From positions 1-33,471 of the forward strand of contig CAZUZX010000002.1 in assembly GCA_964624525.1 (NCBI GenBank): 33,471 bases of DNA, written 5' to 3'. This DNA comes from an uncultured Dehalococcoidia bacterium. Lineage in GTDB: Bacteria; Chloroflexota; Dehalococcoidia; UBA2247; RBG-13-53-26. Below are positions 23,473 through 33,459 of the stretch, piece by piece (the first letter of the stretch is position 1; each line of letters starts with the position of its first letter). The notes under the pieces were generated by a model. The model had not been told where the DNA came from. It saw nothing but the letters and a program-made list of their open reading frames with translations, and searched no databases. A program made the translations under genes and the position numbers.

Positions 23473-25782
23473 TTAGCAAATTATATCACTTCTTACTTTG
23501 AAAATTTCACCTGTTAACCCCCCAAGTATCACCTCAGCAGCCTTCTTATCCAGGGGCTGGTTATTGTTGCCACACTTGGGTGATTGAGTGCAACTGGGAC
23601 AGCCATCCTCGCAGGGGCATTCGACAATCACCTTCAGCGTCTCCTGCCACAAATCCTCGATTAGGTCAAAGCCTTTCTCACTAATCCCTGTTCCTCCGGG
23701 GTGAGCATCATAAATGAAAACCTGCGCCTTCCCGGTATCAGGATGAAAGGCGGTAGATATGCCACCGAGGTCATTACGGTCACATAAAGCAAACAAAGGT
23801 AGTATGGCGATGGAGGCATGCTCAGCAGCGTGTAAACCCCCGACAAAGTCAAGCCTAGCTTCAGCTACCTTCCCTACGGCTTTTTGGGGTATATCAAACC
23901 ATAAGGCTGTGGTGTTAAAGCAGTAGGGAGGTAAGTCGAGGGGCTCTTCGCCGATAACTTCCTCAGTGAACTGCATCTTTTTTTTAAAGCCAACTACGGT
24001 AGTGGTCACCTCAACTTCACCGAGGTAAGTTTTGGCTTGCAGCGTGTCTTTCTCTTTAATTCTCTTTAGTATCCGGAGGTCGGTAAGCTCCTTGGCTTGG
24101 GTGTAGTAAGGGACATCAGTGGGCACCACATAGGCAATATGGGCAATTAAATTAAGCTCGATGACTAAATAGGGCTCGCCTTGATGTAGATAGATAGCCC
24201 CGGGATGAATTTGAGAAAAAGCCACACTAGCTTCTACTGTTTCCAGTGGCTTATTACTCTGAGAGGCATCCAAGATAGTGTAGTAAAAAGAGGAGGTAGA
24301 GCGGATATTAACCTCTTCAGCCGGGTAGGCAACAGTCGGCATAAGATACCATTTCCCACCCCGCGCCTTGAGCATTTTCTCCGCTTCTAGTTCCTCCCTG
24401 GCTTTCATAAAGCTAGTCTCCCAGAATTGTTCATCAGCTTCGCTTAAGGGTAGTTCCCAGGCAGCACATAAGAGGTGGCTATTTAACACATAGGGGTTAT
24501 CCGGAGCAGTGAGGGCATTTTCAAATTTTTTCCGGAAAAGAAACCAAGGATGACGCATAAGGTATTGATCCAGAGGATTATCTAGTCCGATGAGAAAGCT
24601 CAGAGAGCTTCCGGTTCTCCTTCCGCTCCGCCCTGCCTGCTGCCAGGTGCTGGCAATACTTCCCGGGTAGCCGGTGAGGATGGTAGCCTCCAAATCACCG
24701 ATGTCTATCCCCAGCTCAAGCGCAGTGGTAGCTACTATTCCCAGGAGCTGACCTTGAAAGAGCTCTCGCTCTATCTGGCGTCTCTCCTCAGGAAGATAGC
24801 CAGCCCGATATGGCTTAATTTGCCGTGCCAGGTTGGGCTCAGCCAATTGCCGTTTAGAATAGGTATAGATAAGCTCAGTGAGCTTGCGGGTTCGGGCAAA
24901 GGCAAGGGTACGGATGCCCTGGCGCACTAATTCAGCCAGAAGGAAAGAGGCCTCGGTGTTAGCACTACGGCGAGATATTTTGGCTTCGTCAAGGAAGGGC
25001 GGATTCCACAGGATAAAGTCCTTTGCCCCATGGGGAGAGCCATCCTTATCAATTACTGTGAAGGGTAATCCCACCAGCCGCTCAATGTGCTCCTTTGGGT
25101 TAGCAATAGTAGCGGAGCAGCAGATAAACTGGGGGTAGGCATGGTAAAAAGTACAAAGACGCCGTAATCTTCGTAATATATTACCCACGTGAGAGCCAAA
25201 GACGCCGCGGTAAATATGGGCTTCATCAATCACGACATACCTCAAGCGGCGGAAAAACCTTGACCAGGCTTGATGATTAGGGAGAATGCCCAAATGAAGC
25301 ATATCGGGGTTAGTGAGCACAATCTGGGCTTCTCTCTTTATCTGCAAGCGCTCCTCTGAGGGTGTATCACCGTCGAAGGTGGCAAATCTTATCTCGAGAG
25401 GAAGTAGTGAGAGCAACTCCGCTAAACTGCGCCGTTGGTCCTGGGCTAGCGCTTTGGTGGGAAAGAGATAAAGGGCACGGCTTCCTCTGTCATTCAAAAT
25501 AGCTTGCAGTATGGGCAGATTGTAGCATAATGTTTTGCCACTGGCAGCAGGGGTAACTACCATGATATTCTTCCCCAAGTTAGCCATATTTAACGCTGCG
25601 GCTTGGTGGGTATAGAGGGGGAGTAACCCCGCTCTTTGTAGTGCAGACTCCAAGGCGGTGTGGAGAGGTTTGTCCAGTTCTTGGTAGCTTGCCTCCTGAA
25701 GCGGCAAATGTTCGATGTGGACTATCTGATCTTGATAGTTGGCTAAGCGTTTAATATGGTTAACAAAGGCGGCAACATTCAT
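23473..25782 (-). CDS. DEAH-box SF2 helicase with C-terminal DUF1998/MZB zinc domain (MrfA/YprA/Hrq1-like)
   Basis: Motif I is TPAASGKT, motif II is DEAH (VVIDEAHIY) and motif VI is QQAGRSGRR. The C-terminal CPCEDGCPSCTQSPKCGNNNQPLDK four-Cys cluster is typical of DUF1998. 769 aa. Confidence 0.85.
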   Translation of the reverse strand: MNVAAFVNHIKRLANYQDQIVHIEHLPLQEASYQELDKPLHTALESALQRAGLLPLYTHQAAALNMANLGKNIMVVTPAASGKTLCYNLPILQAILNDRGSRALYLFPTKALAQDQRRSLAELLSLLPLEIRFATFDGDTPSEERLQIKREAQIVLTNPDMLHLGILPNHQAWSRFFRRLRYVVIDEAHIYRGVFGSHVGNILRRLRRLCTFYHAYPQFICCSATIANPKEHIERLVGLPFTVIDKDGSPHGAKDFILWNPPFLDEAKISRRSANTEASFLLAELVRQGIRTLAFARTRKLTELIYTYSKRQLAEPNLARQIKPYRAGYLPEERRQIERELFQGQLLGIVATTALELGIDIGDLEATILTGYPGSIASTWQQAGRSGRRTGSSLSFLIGLDNPLDQYLMRHPWFLFRKKFENALTAPDNPYVLNSHLLCAAWELPLSEADEQFWETSFMKAREELEAEKMLKARGGKWYLMPTVAYPAEEVNIRSTSSFYYTILDASQSNKPLETVEASVAFSQIHPGAIYLHQGEPYLVIELNLIAHIAYVVPTDVPYYTQAKELTDLRILKRIKEKDTLQAKTYLGEVEVTTTVVGFKKKMQFTEEVIGEEPLDLPPYCFNTTALWFDIPQKAVGKVAEARLDFVGGLHAAEHASIAILPLFALCDRNDLGGISTAFHPDTGKAQVFIYDAHPGGTGISEKGFDLIEDLWQETLKVIVECPCEDGCPSCTQSPKCGNNNQPLDKKAAEVILGGLTGEIFKVRSDIIC

Positions 25783-25787
25783 CCTTA

Positions 25788-26081
25788 TCAGGGAAAGGGT
25801 ATAATCTCAATCTGGTAATCTAGTATCTCTACTTCGAACTTACTTTGGCTGATGAATTCAACCACCTTCGAAAGCACCTGGTTGACCTGCTGAGCGTTAT
25901 TACTAATACAAGCCACCCCTAGCGTGGCTACTTGCCACAGGTCTTGGTCATCAACCTCAGCGATGACTACATTATAATTATTTCTTACCCGGGTGGTAAT
26001 TGACTTCAGCACCTGCCTTTTGCCTTTGAGAGAGTGGTTCTCAGGTAAATGAAGCTTTATCTTACACACACCGAGATTCAT
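25788..26081 (-). CDS. DUF503 (YlxP-like) protein
   Basis: 97 aa. G.CKIKLHLPENHSLKGKRQVLKSI..R.RN.YNV..AEVD.QD.WQ...LG.A is the DUF503 pattern. It ends 5 nt before the helicase ATG. Confidence 0.75.
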   Translation of the reverse strand: MNLGVCKIKLHLPENHSLKGKRQVLKSITTRVRNNYNVVIAEVDDQDLWQVATLGVACISNNAQQVNQVLSKVVEFISQSKFEVEILDYQIEIIPFP

Positions 26082-26177
26082 CAGAGGGGAAACTCCTAAG
26101 TCTACTAATTTGAATTATTCTACACTACACATGTTGAGGAGGGCAATCCAACATTAGCGATTGTTACTCCTCCATAG

Positions 26178-26223
26178 GCAGGTGCTCTGCCACCCGCTCC
26201 CTTTGGTAGGGGACAGAGCCCCT
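26178..26223. repeat. Pair of GC-hairpin motifs (ggcag-gtgct-ctgcc and agggg-acagag-cccct)
   Basis: Both stems are perfect 5 bp. The ggacagag loop/stem motif is the reverse complement of ctctgtcc in the hairpins at 1-21 and 33303-33323. Confidence 0.6.
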
Positions 26224-26287
26224 GCCCTATACTTGGGAGATTCCGACTACTATTTTCAGGTTGACTTTTTATTTGGGGCACTCTTTC

Positions 26288-26296
26288 TGATATAAT
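26288..26296 (+). promoter_or_regulatory. Candidate extended -10 box TGATATAAT upstream of ftsH
   Basis: An exact TGnTATAAT ends 15-27 nt upstream of the candidate ftsH starts. The TTGACT at 26263 is too far away (24 nt) to serve as a standard -35. Confidence 0.35.
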
Positions 26297-26311
26297 ACTT
26301 TATGTAACTAA

Positions 26312-28144
26312 TTGAGGAGAATGATGAAGCAGCGAAGTCGGCCTACTTTTCTTTACCTGCTAATACTGATAGCTATAGTGGCAGTAGTAATTGCTTTCCT
26401 GCCTAGGGGGGAGAAGGTGGAGAGCAAAGATACCTCCGACTTCATTGCCATGGGACAAGCCGGTGAGATTGACTCGGTGGACGTGAAGGGGAGTGAAATA
26501 ACATTTATCACCAAAACTGGTGAGAAGTTTAAGTCTACCCTACGCCCGGGAGACGAGATCCTGCCTACCTTAGAGGATTGGAAAAACGGTGGGCTAATAA
26601 ATAGCTACAACTTAGGCGAAGCGAAGAGTGGCTTTGACTGGGGCGGGTTGCTCATCAGCTTCTTGCCCGTGCTTCTCCTCATCGGCTTATTCTGGTTTTT
26701 GCTAAGAGGTGCTCAGGGGGCAGGTAGCCAGGCTTTCAATTTCAGTCGCAGTCGAGCTCGAATGTTCACTGGCACTAAACCTACGGTTACTTTTGCTGAT
26801 GTAGCTGGGATTGATGAAGCAAAACAGGAACTTCAGGAGGTAGTAGAGTTTCTCAAATTCCCGGGCAAGTTCCAAGCTTTGGGGGCACGTATTCCTCGGG
26901 GAGTACTCTTAGTGGGTCCACCAGGTACAGGTAAAACACTACTGGCTCGGGCTATTGCTGGGGAAGCAGGAGTGCCCTTCTTCTCTATCAGCGGTAGTGA
27001 ATTTGTCGAAATGTTTGTCGGTGTGGGTGCTTCTCGGGTAAGAGACCTCTTCGATCAAGCCAAACGCAACGCCCCCTGCATTGTCTTTGTGGATGAAATT
27101 GATGCCGTGGGTCGTCACCGCGGGGCAGGGCTGGGAGGAGGACACGATGAACGGGAGCAGACCCTGAACCAGATTCTTTCGGAGATGGATGGTTTTGACA
27201 CCAATACTAATGTGATTGTCCTCTCGGCTACCAATCGACCCGATATATTAGATCCTGCCTTACTCCGTCCCGGACGCTTCGATCGGCAGGTAGTTATAGA
27301 TCGGCCTGATATCAACGGTAGAAAGGCAATACTCAAGGTTCATGCTAAAGGTAAACCACTAGAGGATTCCTTATCTTTGGAAACCATTGCCAAGCAAACC
27401 CCAGGCTTCAGCGGTGCTGACTTGGCTAATCTAGTTAATGAGGCAGCTATTTTAGCCGCCAGGCGTGAAAAGAAGGTTATTGGTTTAGCTGAACTTGAAG
27501 AAGCTATTGACCGTGTATCGTATGGCCCAGAGAGAAAGAGCCGGGTGATAAGTCAAAAGGAGAAGGAGATAACTGCCTACCATGAGGCGGGGCATGCTCT
27601 GGCAGCGAAGAGGCTTCCTAATGCTGACCCGGTGCATAAGATTTCTATCATTGCCCGTGGGATGACGGGTGGCCGTACAACACTACTGCCTACTGAGGAT
27701 CGCCACCTTCATACCCCGAGCCAGCTTAAAGATACACTGGCTACTTTGCTAGGGGGTTACACAGCAGAAAAGATCATTTTCGGCGAGGTAAGCACGGGAG
27801 CCCAAAGTGACTTGGAGCAGGTTACCACCATTGCCCGGAAGATGGTCAAGGAGTTCGCCATGAGTGACAAATTGCCCCCTCGTACCTTCGGTCGACGGGA
27901 GGAACTAGTCTTCTTGGGGCGGATGGTGGATGAGCAGAAGGATTACGGTGACAAGGTGGCTGATGTGATTGATGAGGAGATCGAGGCTCTGGTCAACAGC
28001 AGCCATAATGTAGCCAAGGATATCCTGACCGAGAATAAGGCAAAGCTAGTGCAGATTGCCCAACGCTTGATTGCCGAAGAGACCATTGAGGGTGAAGAGC
28101 TGGAGAAGCTATTTAATGAACCCGTTCCCTCACCTTCTACTTAA
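26312..28144 (+). CDS. ftsH: ATP-dependent zinc metalloprotease FtsH
   Basis: Two TM segments, Walker A GPPGTGKT, Walker B DEID, SRH and zinc site HEAGHAL. The track start is TTG at 26312. ATG at 26321 or 26324, just after GAGGAG (26314-26319), are alternatives. Confidence 0.9.
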   Translation: MRRMMKQRSRPTFLYLLILIAIVAVVIAFLPRGEKVESKDTSDFIAMGQAGEIDSVDVKGSEITFITKTGEKFKSTLRPGDEILPTLEDWKNGGLINSYNLGEAKSGFDWGGLLISFLPVLLLIGLFWFLLRGAQGAGSQAFNFSRSRARMFTGTKPTVTFADVAGIDEAKQELQEVVEFLKFPGKFQALGARIPRGVLLVGPPGTGKTLLARAIAGEAGVPFFSISGSEFVEMFVGVGASRVRDLFDQAKRNAPCIVFVDEIDAVGRHRGAGLGGGHDEREQTLNQILSEMDGFDTNTNVIVLSATNRPDILDPALLRPGRFDRQVVIDRPDINGRKAILKVHAKGKPLEDSLSLETIAKQTPGFSGADLANLVNEAAILAARREKKVIGLAELEEAIDRVSYGPERKSRVISQKEKEITAYHEAGHALAAKRLPNADPVHKISIIARGMTGGRTTLLPTEDRHLHTPSQLKDTLATLLGGYTAEKIIFGEVSTGAQSDLEQVTTIARKMVKEFAMSDKLPPRTFGRREELVFLGRMVDEQKDYGDKVADVIDEEIEALVNSSHNVAKDILTENKAKLVQIAQRLIAEETIEGEELEKLFNEPVPSPST

Positions 28145-28191
28145 ACTGAGGCTGTTTAATTTTGATTTCCCGCTCAATTTTAGATTTTAGT

Positions 28192-28215
28192 AGTGCCCCG
28201 ACAGGTTGGGGCACT
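28192..28215 (+). terminator. Stable hairpin after ftsH (agtgcccc-N8-ggggcact) without a U-tract, either a terminator or a repeat hairpin
   Basis: An 8-bp perfect stem lies 48 nt after the ftsH stop. It covers the TTG (28206) that the ORF track uses as the moaE start. Confidence 0.3.
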
Positions 28216-28250
28216 ACAGTCTTAAACCTCAAACTAGGAACAGGGTTAGT

Positions 28251-28643
28251 TTGATTGAGATAACCCAAACCCCTATTCTTCCTGAAGTAGTCATCAATAA
28301 AGTTCGTAGTGACACCTGTGGTTGTGTCGTCACCTTTGTAGGCATGGTTCGGAATTTATCCTCCAACAGCAAAAGGGTCTTCTTCCTAGAATATGAAACC
28401 TCGGCTAAAGAACTAGCCCGGAGGGAACTACAGCAAATAGCTAAAGAGATTCAGGCTAAATGGCAGTTAGCGGATATAGCCATATGGCATAGAATGGGAA
28501 AATTGAAGGTAGGGGAGATTACTTTGGTTATTGCTATCGCCGCTCCTCACCGTAAGGAAGCCTTCGAGGCTTGCCAGTATGCTGTTGACCGCTTTAAACA
28601 GGTAGTACCTCTATGGGAAAAGGAGATTACAGAAAGCGCCTAA
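28251..28643 (+). CDS. moaE: Molybdopterin synthase catalytic subunit MoaE
   Basis: Motifs GCVVTFVGMVRN, LEYE, HRMGKLKVGE, IAIAAPHRKEAFEAC.YAVD and VPLWEKE. The start is set at TTG 28251 (LIEITQ...), giving the usual ~27 residues before VVTFVG. The track start at 28206 is inside a hairpin, so the start remains uncertain. Confidence 0.75.
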   Translation: MIEITQTPILPEVVINKVRSDTCGCVVTFVGMVRNLSSNSKRVFFLEYETSAKELARRELQQIAKEIQAKWQLADIAIWHRMGKLKVGEITLVIAIAAPHRKEAFEACQYAVDRFKQVVPLWEKEITESA

Positions 28644-28663
28644 TGAATAACAAGTCGGTTCAG

Positions 28664-29626
28664 TTAACTCTTCCGCTTTATTACATACTCAGCCAAGTCA
28701 ATTAAAGAATTATAGGCAGTATTACGGGGCAGCGGCTCTAAGGCAAGGCAGGCTTGAGAGCAAAAATCTTGGGCAATGCGGTAGCACTCCCCAGCAATAG
28801 AGGACTTATGAATCATCTCCCTCATCAGCCTGGCACCCTCTTGCTTATCTTGATTAAATACCTCTTTTACCGCGTTACTTTCGGGGCGTTCTAGGAAAAG
28901 TATTGCCGGTAAAGTAAAGATGCCTCGTGATAAGTCACTAGCCACTGGCTTGCCTACTATCTCCTCTTGACCAATAAAGTCAAGGATATCATCAATAATC
29001 TGAAAGCCTATTCCCAAATTATAGCCATAGCTTTTGAGAGATTGCACCACCTCCTCCGGGGCTTTACTTAGCACTGCTCCTGATTCAGTAGCCATAGAAA
29101 AAAGACAAGCTGTCTTATTGCCAATCCTTTGGAAGTAGCGTTGTCTACCTTGCTTTAGATTGAAGGGGCTGAGGGATTCATCAATCTCGCCGCTACATAT
29201 TTTCATCAGGGTTTGAGCAAAGAGCTTCATTACTCTAATATTCCCAGTTTCTGAAGTTATGCAGGCTGAGGTAGCAAAGAGGTAATCCCCCAAAAGGATG
29301 GTAATAGAATTACCCCAGAGACTATTTATTGTTGGTTTGCCATGACGCCGCTGAGAGTGATCAACGGTGTCATCGTGAACCAAGGTGGCGGTATGCAACA
29401 ATTCTACCGCCACTGCCATAGGAAGTAACGACTCAACGTTATAGTGGTAAAATTTGCCCGCCAGCAATGTCAGGGCAGGGCGAATTCGCTTCCCTCCGTC
29501 TTTCAAAATATGGTTTAGTTGCTCTGTTACTCCGAGAGGAGCCGCCGCCTCAGCTATCTGATCTAGGTTTTCCTCTAGACGGGTCATCTCCGGCTCAATG
29601 GGTCTATAAATTGAAGCAATAGTCAA
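28664..29626 (-). CDS. Long-chain trans-polyprenyl diphosphate synthase (hepta/octaprenyl type)
   Basis: The first and second Asp-rich motifs are LVHDDTVD and QIIDDILD. There is a 4-nt overlap with the metG stop. Confidence 0.85.
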   Translation of the reverse strand: MTIASIYRPIEPEMTRLEENLDQIAEAAAPLGVTEQLNHILKDGGKRIRPALTLLAGKFYHYNVESLLPMAVAVELLHTATLVHDDTVDHSQRRHGKPTINSLWGNSITILLGDYLFATSACITSETGNIRVMKLFAQTLMKICSGEIDESLSPFNLKQGRQRYFQRIGNKTACLFSMATESGAVLSKAPEEVVQSLKSYGYNLGIGFQIIDDILDFIGQEEIVGKPVASDLSRGIFTLPAILFLERPESNAVKEVFNQDKQEGARLMREMIHKSSIAGECYRIAQDFCSQACLALEPLPRNTAYNSLIDLAEYVIKRKS

Positions 29627-31308
29627 AAGACCCCTTTCTTTAAGGAAGCATGCTCTAAACGGCTAGCTTCCTCCGCCGCTATTCGCTCATCCAGCTTTAT
29701 AAATAAGGGTTCCGGGGGAGGAAGCTTCTGCCCCGGTGATGGAGCACAGAAACACCATCCCTCTTTCACTACCGTATTTTGAAATCCAAGAAGATAATGC
29801 AGCTTTTGTGAGCTAAAAGGCAAAAAGGGATATAACATTGTCTTGAGATAAGAGAGCACCGAGAGGGAAACAAAGAGGGTGGTAGCACAAGCTTCTCTGT
29901 CTTTCTGGATCACCTTCCAAGGGGACTTTTCTTCCAGATAGCGGTTCGTTTCTTGGGCTAAGGACATAGCTGCCTTTATCCCTTCTCTAAAATGGCAGTG
30001 GTAAAGAAAGTTATCTACGGTGTTAAAAGTAGATTCGGCGCGGTGAAGGAGTGCTTTACTCCCCCCATCAATTTCACCAGGGATAGGCACAGCACTATCG
30101 AAGTGGCGATGGGTAAAAGTAAGGATACGATGCACCAAGTTTCCGTAGGTAGCCACTAACTCATCATTATTGCGGCGAACAAACTCCCGCCAAGAAAAGT
30201 CGGTATCTCCTACTTCTGGCATATTCACTGATAACAGGTAACGTAGAGGGTCGGGGTCATAATGTTCCAGATAATCTGGCAGCCAGATCGCCCAGTTACG
30301 GCTGGTAGAAAGCTGCCTCCCTTCGAGGGTAAGGAACTCATTTGCCGGAACATCATAGGGAAGGTTAAGCCCTCCATACCCCATTAGCATCGCTGGCCAG
30401 ATGATGGTATGGAAAGGAATATTATCCTTACCGATAAAGTAATAACTTTTCGCCCCCTGTTGCCAGAAAGACTTCCATCTCTCCTCTTCACCACAGAGTT
30501 TAGCCCACTCCTTAGTAGCCGATAGATAGCCAATCACCGCCTCAAACCAAACATAGATTCGCTTTTTTTCAAAGCCAGGCTGTGGAATGGCTACCCCCCA
30601 CTCGATATCTCGAGTAATAGCTCTGTCTTTTAATCCCTCCTCAAGAAGGCGGAGGGTAAAATGGAGCACATTTTGCCGCCAGTGGCGCTGCTCCCTCACC
30701 CAGCTAAGAAGCTTATCCCTGAAGGCGCTCAAGCGGAGGAAGAAATGCTCTGAATCTCTAGTCTGAGGGGCACTACCGCATAGCCGACAGCGGGGAGTAA
30801 CTAATTCAGTGGGATGAAGAGGTTTACCGCACTTATCACACTGGTCACCGCGTGCTTCCTTGAAGCCACAATAAGGGCAGCCGCCTTCTATATAGCGGTC
30901 AGGCAAATAGCGCTGGCAGCGGGGACAGTAAGGTAAGGGCATGCTATCTCGATAGATATAGCCTTTTCCCCGTAGCTTAAGGAAAAAATCTTGGACTACT
31001 AGGGCATGATTGGGGGTACCGGTAGTGGTGAATAGGTTAAAGCTGATGCCCAGCCTCTCCCAGGAGTTGAGAAATTCTTGATGATATTTGGCTACCGTCT
31101 CTTGAGGGGTTTTGCCCTCTTGCTCAGCGCGGATGGTTATCGGGGTGCCATGCTGGTCACTACCCGACACCATTAACACTTCATTACCTTTAGCATTGTG
31201 GTAACGGGCAAAAATGTCTGCTGGCAGGTAAGCACCGGCAATATGCCCTAGATGTAAAGAGCCATTGGCGTAAGGCCAAGCTACACCGATAAAGATTCTT
31301 TCTGTCAA
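29623..31308 (-). CDS. metG: Methionyl-tRNA synthetase (no C-terminal EMAPII/tRNA-binding extension)
   Basis: HIGH-type motif HLGH (PYANGSLHLGHIAG). Zinc knuckles are CPRC...CPYCG and CDKCG...CRLCG. The KMSKS-like motif is QLSTSRN. TTG start. Confidence 0.9.
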   Translation of the reverse strand: MTERIFIGVAWPYANGSLHLGHIAGAYLPADIFARYHNAKGNEVLMVSGSDQHGTPITIRAEQEGKTPQETVAKYHQEFLNSWERLGISFNLFTTTGTPNHALVVQDFFLKLRGKGYIYRDSMPLPYCPRCQRYLPDRYIEGGCPYCGFKEARGDQCDKCGKPLHPTELVTPRCRLCGSAPQTRDSEHFFLRLSAFRDKLLSWVREQRHWRQNVLHFTLRLLEEGLKDRAITRDIEWGVAIPQPGFEKKRIYVWFEAVIGYLSATKEWAKLCGEEERWKSFWQQGAKSYYFIGKDNIPFHTIIWPAMLMGYGGLNLPYDVPANEFLTLEGRQLSTSRNWAIWLPDYLEHYDPDPLRYLLSVNMPEVGDTDFSWREFVRRNNDELVATYGNLVHRILTFTHRHFDSAVPIPGEIDGGSKALLHRAESTFNTVDNFLYHCHFREGIKAAMSLAQETNRYLEEKSPWKVIQKDREACATTLFVSLSVLSYLKTMLYPFLPFSSQKLHYLLGFQNTVVKEGWCFCAPSPGQKLPPPEPLFIKLDERIAAEEASRLEHASLKKGVF

Positions 31309-31430
31309 AATTCAGCCCTGCTTCGATATTTTACCATAATCCCTCTTCGAATTACGATTATCATTTGGAGACTGATTAGCAATACCAGCTTGTCATTGTT
31401 ACAAAAATAGAATTGACACCCTCACCCTGA

Positions 31431-31453
31431 CCCTCTCCCATCAAGGGAGAGGG
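31431..31453. repeat. GC hairpin repeat ccctctccc-atcaa-gggagaggg
   Basis: A 9-bp perfect stem between rsmI and metG. It is related to the hairpin cctctccc-tcaaa-gggagaag near 32987-33007. Confidence 0.65.
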
Positions 31454-31466
31454 GAATATATGTCTT

Positions 31467-32279
31467 CTAAAGTTTAAGCCAAGCTTGGTAGAGCTCTTTC
31501 CTTGATAAGCCAGTAACCAAGGATAATTGAGCTATGGCTTCCTTAGCACTCATGCCTTGGCGGTGCAGACGGCGAATCTCCTCTATCACCTCTGGGGTCA
31601 ACTCCGGTTTCTTTACTTCTGCCTTCCCTTCAATCACTAAAGTGAATTCCCCTCTGGGTGTGATGAAATGCTCTATAGCTTCACTTATTGTTCCCCGAAA
31701 GACCTCTTCATGAATCTTGGTTAGCTCCCGGCTGATAGCTATCTTCCTGTCCCCTAAAACTTCAATCAAGTCGCCTAATGTGGTCACTAGACGATGGGGA
31801 GACTCAAAAGCGATGATGGTGCGTGGTTGGTGGGCAATTGATTCCAGAAGACGCTTCCTTTCTCCCTTCTTTCGGGGAAGGAAACCAAGATAGATGAATT
31901 GGTTAGCGGGTAATCCGGAGATTACCAAGGCGGTAACTATCACCGAAGAACCAGGAATAGGCACTACAGAGATACCTTGCTGGATAGCAGCGACAATGAG
32001 TTCATATCCTGGGTCGCTTAACCCGGGCATCCCGGCTTCTGAAACTAAGGCAACGTCTTTTTCTTGAAGTAAATTTAGAAGACGGGTGAGCTTCGCCTTT
32101 TTATTATGCTCATGGTAGCTGGTTAAGGGTGTTTTAATTCCATAGGCAGTCAGTAAACGCCTTGTCTTACGGGTATCTTCAGCAGCAATGATCCCTACCT
32201 CCTTGAGGGTACGTAGAGCTCGCAGAGTAATATCTTCCAAGTTACCAATAGGGGTAGCCACAATGTAAAGAGCAGGCAT
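31467..32279 (-). CDS. rsmI: 16S rRNA (cytidine1402-2'-O)-methyltransferase RsmI
   Basis: LYIVATPIGNLEDIT.RAL..L.....IAAEDTR and the tetrapyrrole-methylase-fold pattern. 270 aa. Confidence 0.88.
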   Translation of the reverse strand: MPALYIVATPIGNLEDITLRALRTLKEVGIIAAEDTRKTRRLLTAYGIKTPLTSYHEHNKKAKLTRLLNLLQEKDVALVSEAGMPGLSDPGYELIVAAIQQGISVVPIPGSSVIVTALVISGLPANQFIYLGFLPRKKGERKRLLESIAHQPRTIIAFESPHRLVTTLGDLIEVLGDRKIAISRELTKIHEEVFRGTISEAIEHFITPRGEFTLVIEGKAEVKKPELTPEVIEEIRRLHRQGMSAKEAIAQLSLVTGLSRKELYQAWLKL

Positions 32280-32291
32280 AACTTTGTTAGA

Positions 32292-32936
32292 TTAGTCCTC
32301 CTCCCATGCCCCTTCACCAATAAGAGGGACAAAACGGCAAGGACCTAGGTCCCAGGTAACAATTTCATGGTTTCGCTTAATAATCTTGAGCAAGTCCTGC
32401 TCATAGCGGAAACCAACCGGAATTACTAAGCGACCACCAGCCACAAGCTGATCTAAAAGTTCCTGAGGGACTTTTGGAGCACCGGCAGTAACTATTATGG
32501 CATCGTAAGGTGCTTCTGCTTCCCAGCCTAACTTTTTCCCCGCCAGATGAACCTTAATGTTAGTATAGCCTAATTTGTTTAACACATCTTTGGCTTTTTC
32601 AGCAAGTGGAATATGCCGCTCCACAGTGACTACCCATCTCGCTAGCTCAGCCAAGATGGCTGCCTGATAGCCACTACCAGTGCCTATCTCCAGTACCTTC
32701 TCTCTGCCAGTTAATTCTAAAGCTTCGGTCATCATAGCTATAATGAGGGGTTGGGAAATTGTCTGCCCCAAATCAATGGGCAGCGGTCTATCCTCATAGG
32801 CTACCTGCTGGTATGCACTCAACACAAAGAGCTCTCGGGGGACACGCCCCATAGCACTGAGTACCCTCTCATCCTTTATCTCATAACGCAGGTGTTTGAT
32901 TAGCTCAGCTCGCAGGGCAGCAAAATCCACCTTCAA
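32292..32936 (-). CDS. pcm: Protein-L-isoaspartate O-methyltransferase
   Basis: Motifs GQTISQP, VLEIGTGSGYQAA, AIIVTAG and L..GGRLVIPVG. Confidence 0.9.
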   Translation of the reverse strand: MKVDFAALRAELIKHLRYEIKDERVLSAMGRVPRELFVLSAYQQVAYEDRPLPIDLGQTISQPLIIAMMTEALELTGREKVLEIGTGSGYQAAILAELARWVVTVERHIPLAEKAKDVLNKLGYTNIKVHLAGKKLGWEAEAPYDAIIVTAGAPKVPQELLDQLVAGGRLVIPVGFRYEQDLLKIIKRNHEIVTWDLGPCRFVPLIGEGAWEED

Positions 32937-32986
32937 ACTAGCCCCCAGAGTTCATGTCCTATCTTACAAGAATCTTTATACGTGCT

Positions 32987-33060
32987 CCTCTCCCTCAAAG
33001 GGAGAAGTTAGGTGAGAGTGAATTTCCTCCTCCCTCTAACTCCCCCCGCCAAGGGAGGGA
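32987..33060. repeat. Two ctccc/gggag-type GC hairpins
   Basis: tctccc-tcaaa-gggaga lies at 32989-33005. An imperfect cctccctct...gggaggga lies at about 33028-33060. Both belong to the same motif class as 31431-31453. Confidence 0.55.
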
Positions 33061-33154
33061 GTATTGCGATCATTCCCGAGGTTAGTTAATTTTAATTCAT
33101 GCTCTAAAGTTAGTCGAGCATCTACTTTGAAAAGGCGTTTGACAACATCCAATT

Positions 33155-33295
33155 GTCATTCTGACCCTGAACCCTTCGCTTATTGTCATTCTGAGCATAG
33201 CGAAGAATCTCATCACGCTCAGGACAAGCTCCGTGAAGGGGAAAAATCTCAGAGATTTTTCGTCGTCCAAATTCATTTGGACTCCTCAGAATGAC
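33155..33295. repeat. Partial gtcattctgacc repeat followed by a complete MITE-like hairpin element (33185-33295) with TIRs gtcattctgag / ctcagaatgac
   Basis: The 11-bp termini are perfect reverse complements. The 5' half resembles 17940-17995. 33155-33166 equals the start of the repeat at 19304. Confidence 0.8.
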
Positions 33296-33302
33296 AGTAG
33301 GG

Positions 33303-33459
33303 GTGGACGTCTCTGTCCACCCTAGGCTACATTAGTTAAACGATCATGGTAATCTGGGTCGTCCCTGACCCAGAGTCGGGGTCGAGACGCCCCCAACTAC
33401 CGCATATGATAGGCGAGGGACGACACGGAGTTCGTCCCCTACAATTATTAAACGGTCTC
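33303..33459. repeat. Composite GC-hairpin repeat, copy 2, with a 92-nt insert between its two modules
   Basis: 33303-33323 is identical to 1-21, and 33416-33459 matches 29-72 (43/44). The spacer is 92 nt here versus 7 nt in copy 1. It carries two more hairpins (gggtc-gtccct-gaccc, and a GC-rich cgggg...cccc motif). Confidence 0.85.

Noticed and set aside
23473-25782. DEAH + DUF1998 helicase as a DISARM DrmA/DrmB-type defence component
   Set aside because: Its size, single-polypeptide layout and C-terminal four-Cys domain match the housekeeping MrfA/YprA-type helicase. No PLD nuclease (DrmC), SNF2 protein or catalytically complete methylase accompanies it. A functional link to the downstream cassette is kept only as a hypothesis.
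28145-28250. Moco riboswitch upstream of moaE
   Set aside because: The leader is only about 100 nt and is dominated by a single 8-bp hairpin. I could not recognise the multi-stem Moco RNA motif. A covariance-model scan (Rfam RF01055) would be needed to be certain.
33064-33294. 76-aa ORF in the right-hand tail
   Set aside because: It reads through the gtcattctgacc stub and the MITE-like element (…CHSDPEPFAYCHSEHSEESHHAQDKLREG…). This peptide type is typical of repeat translation, and there is no SD.
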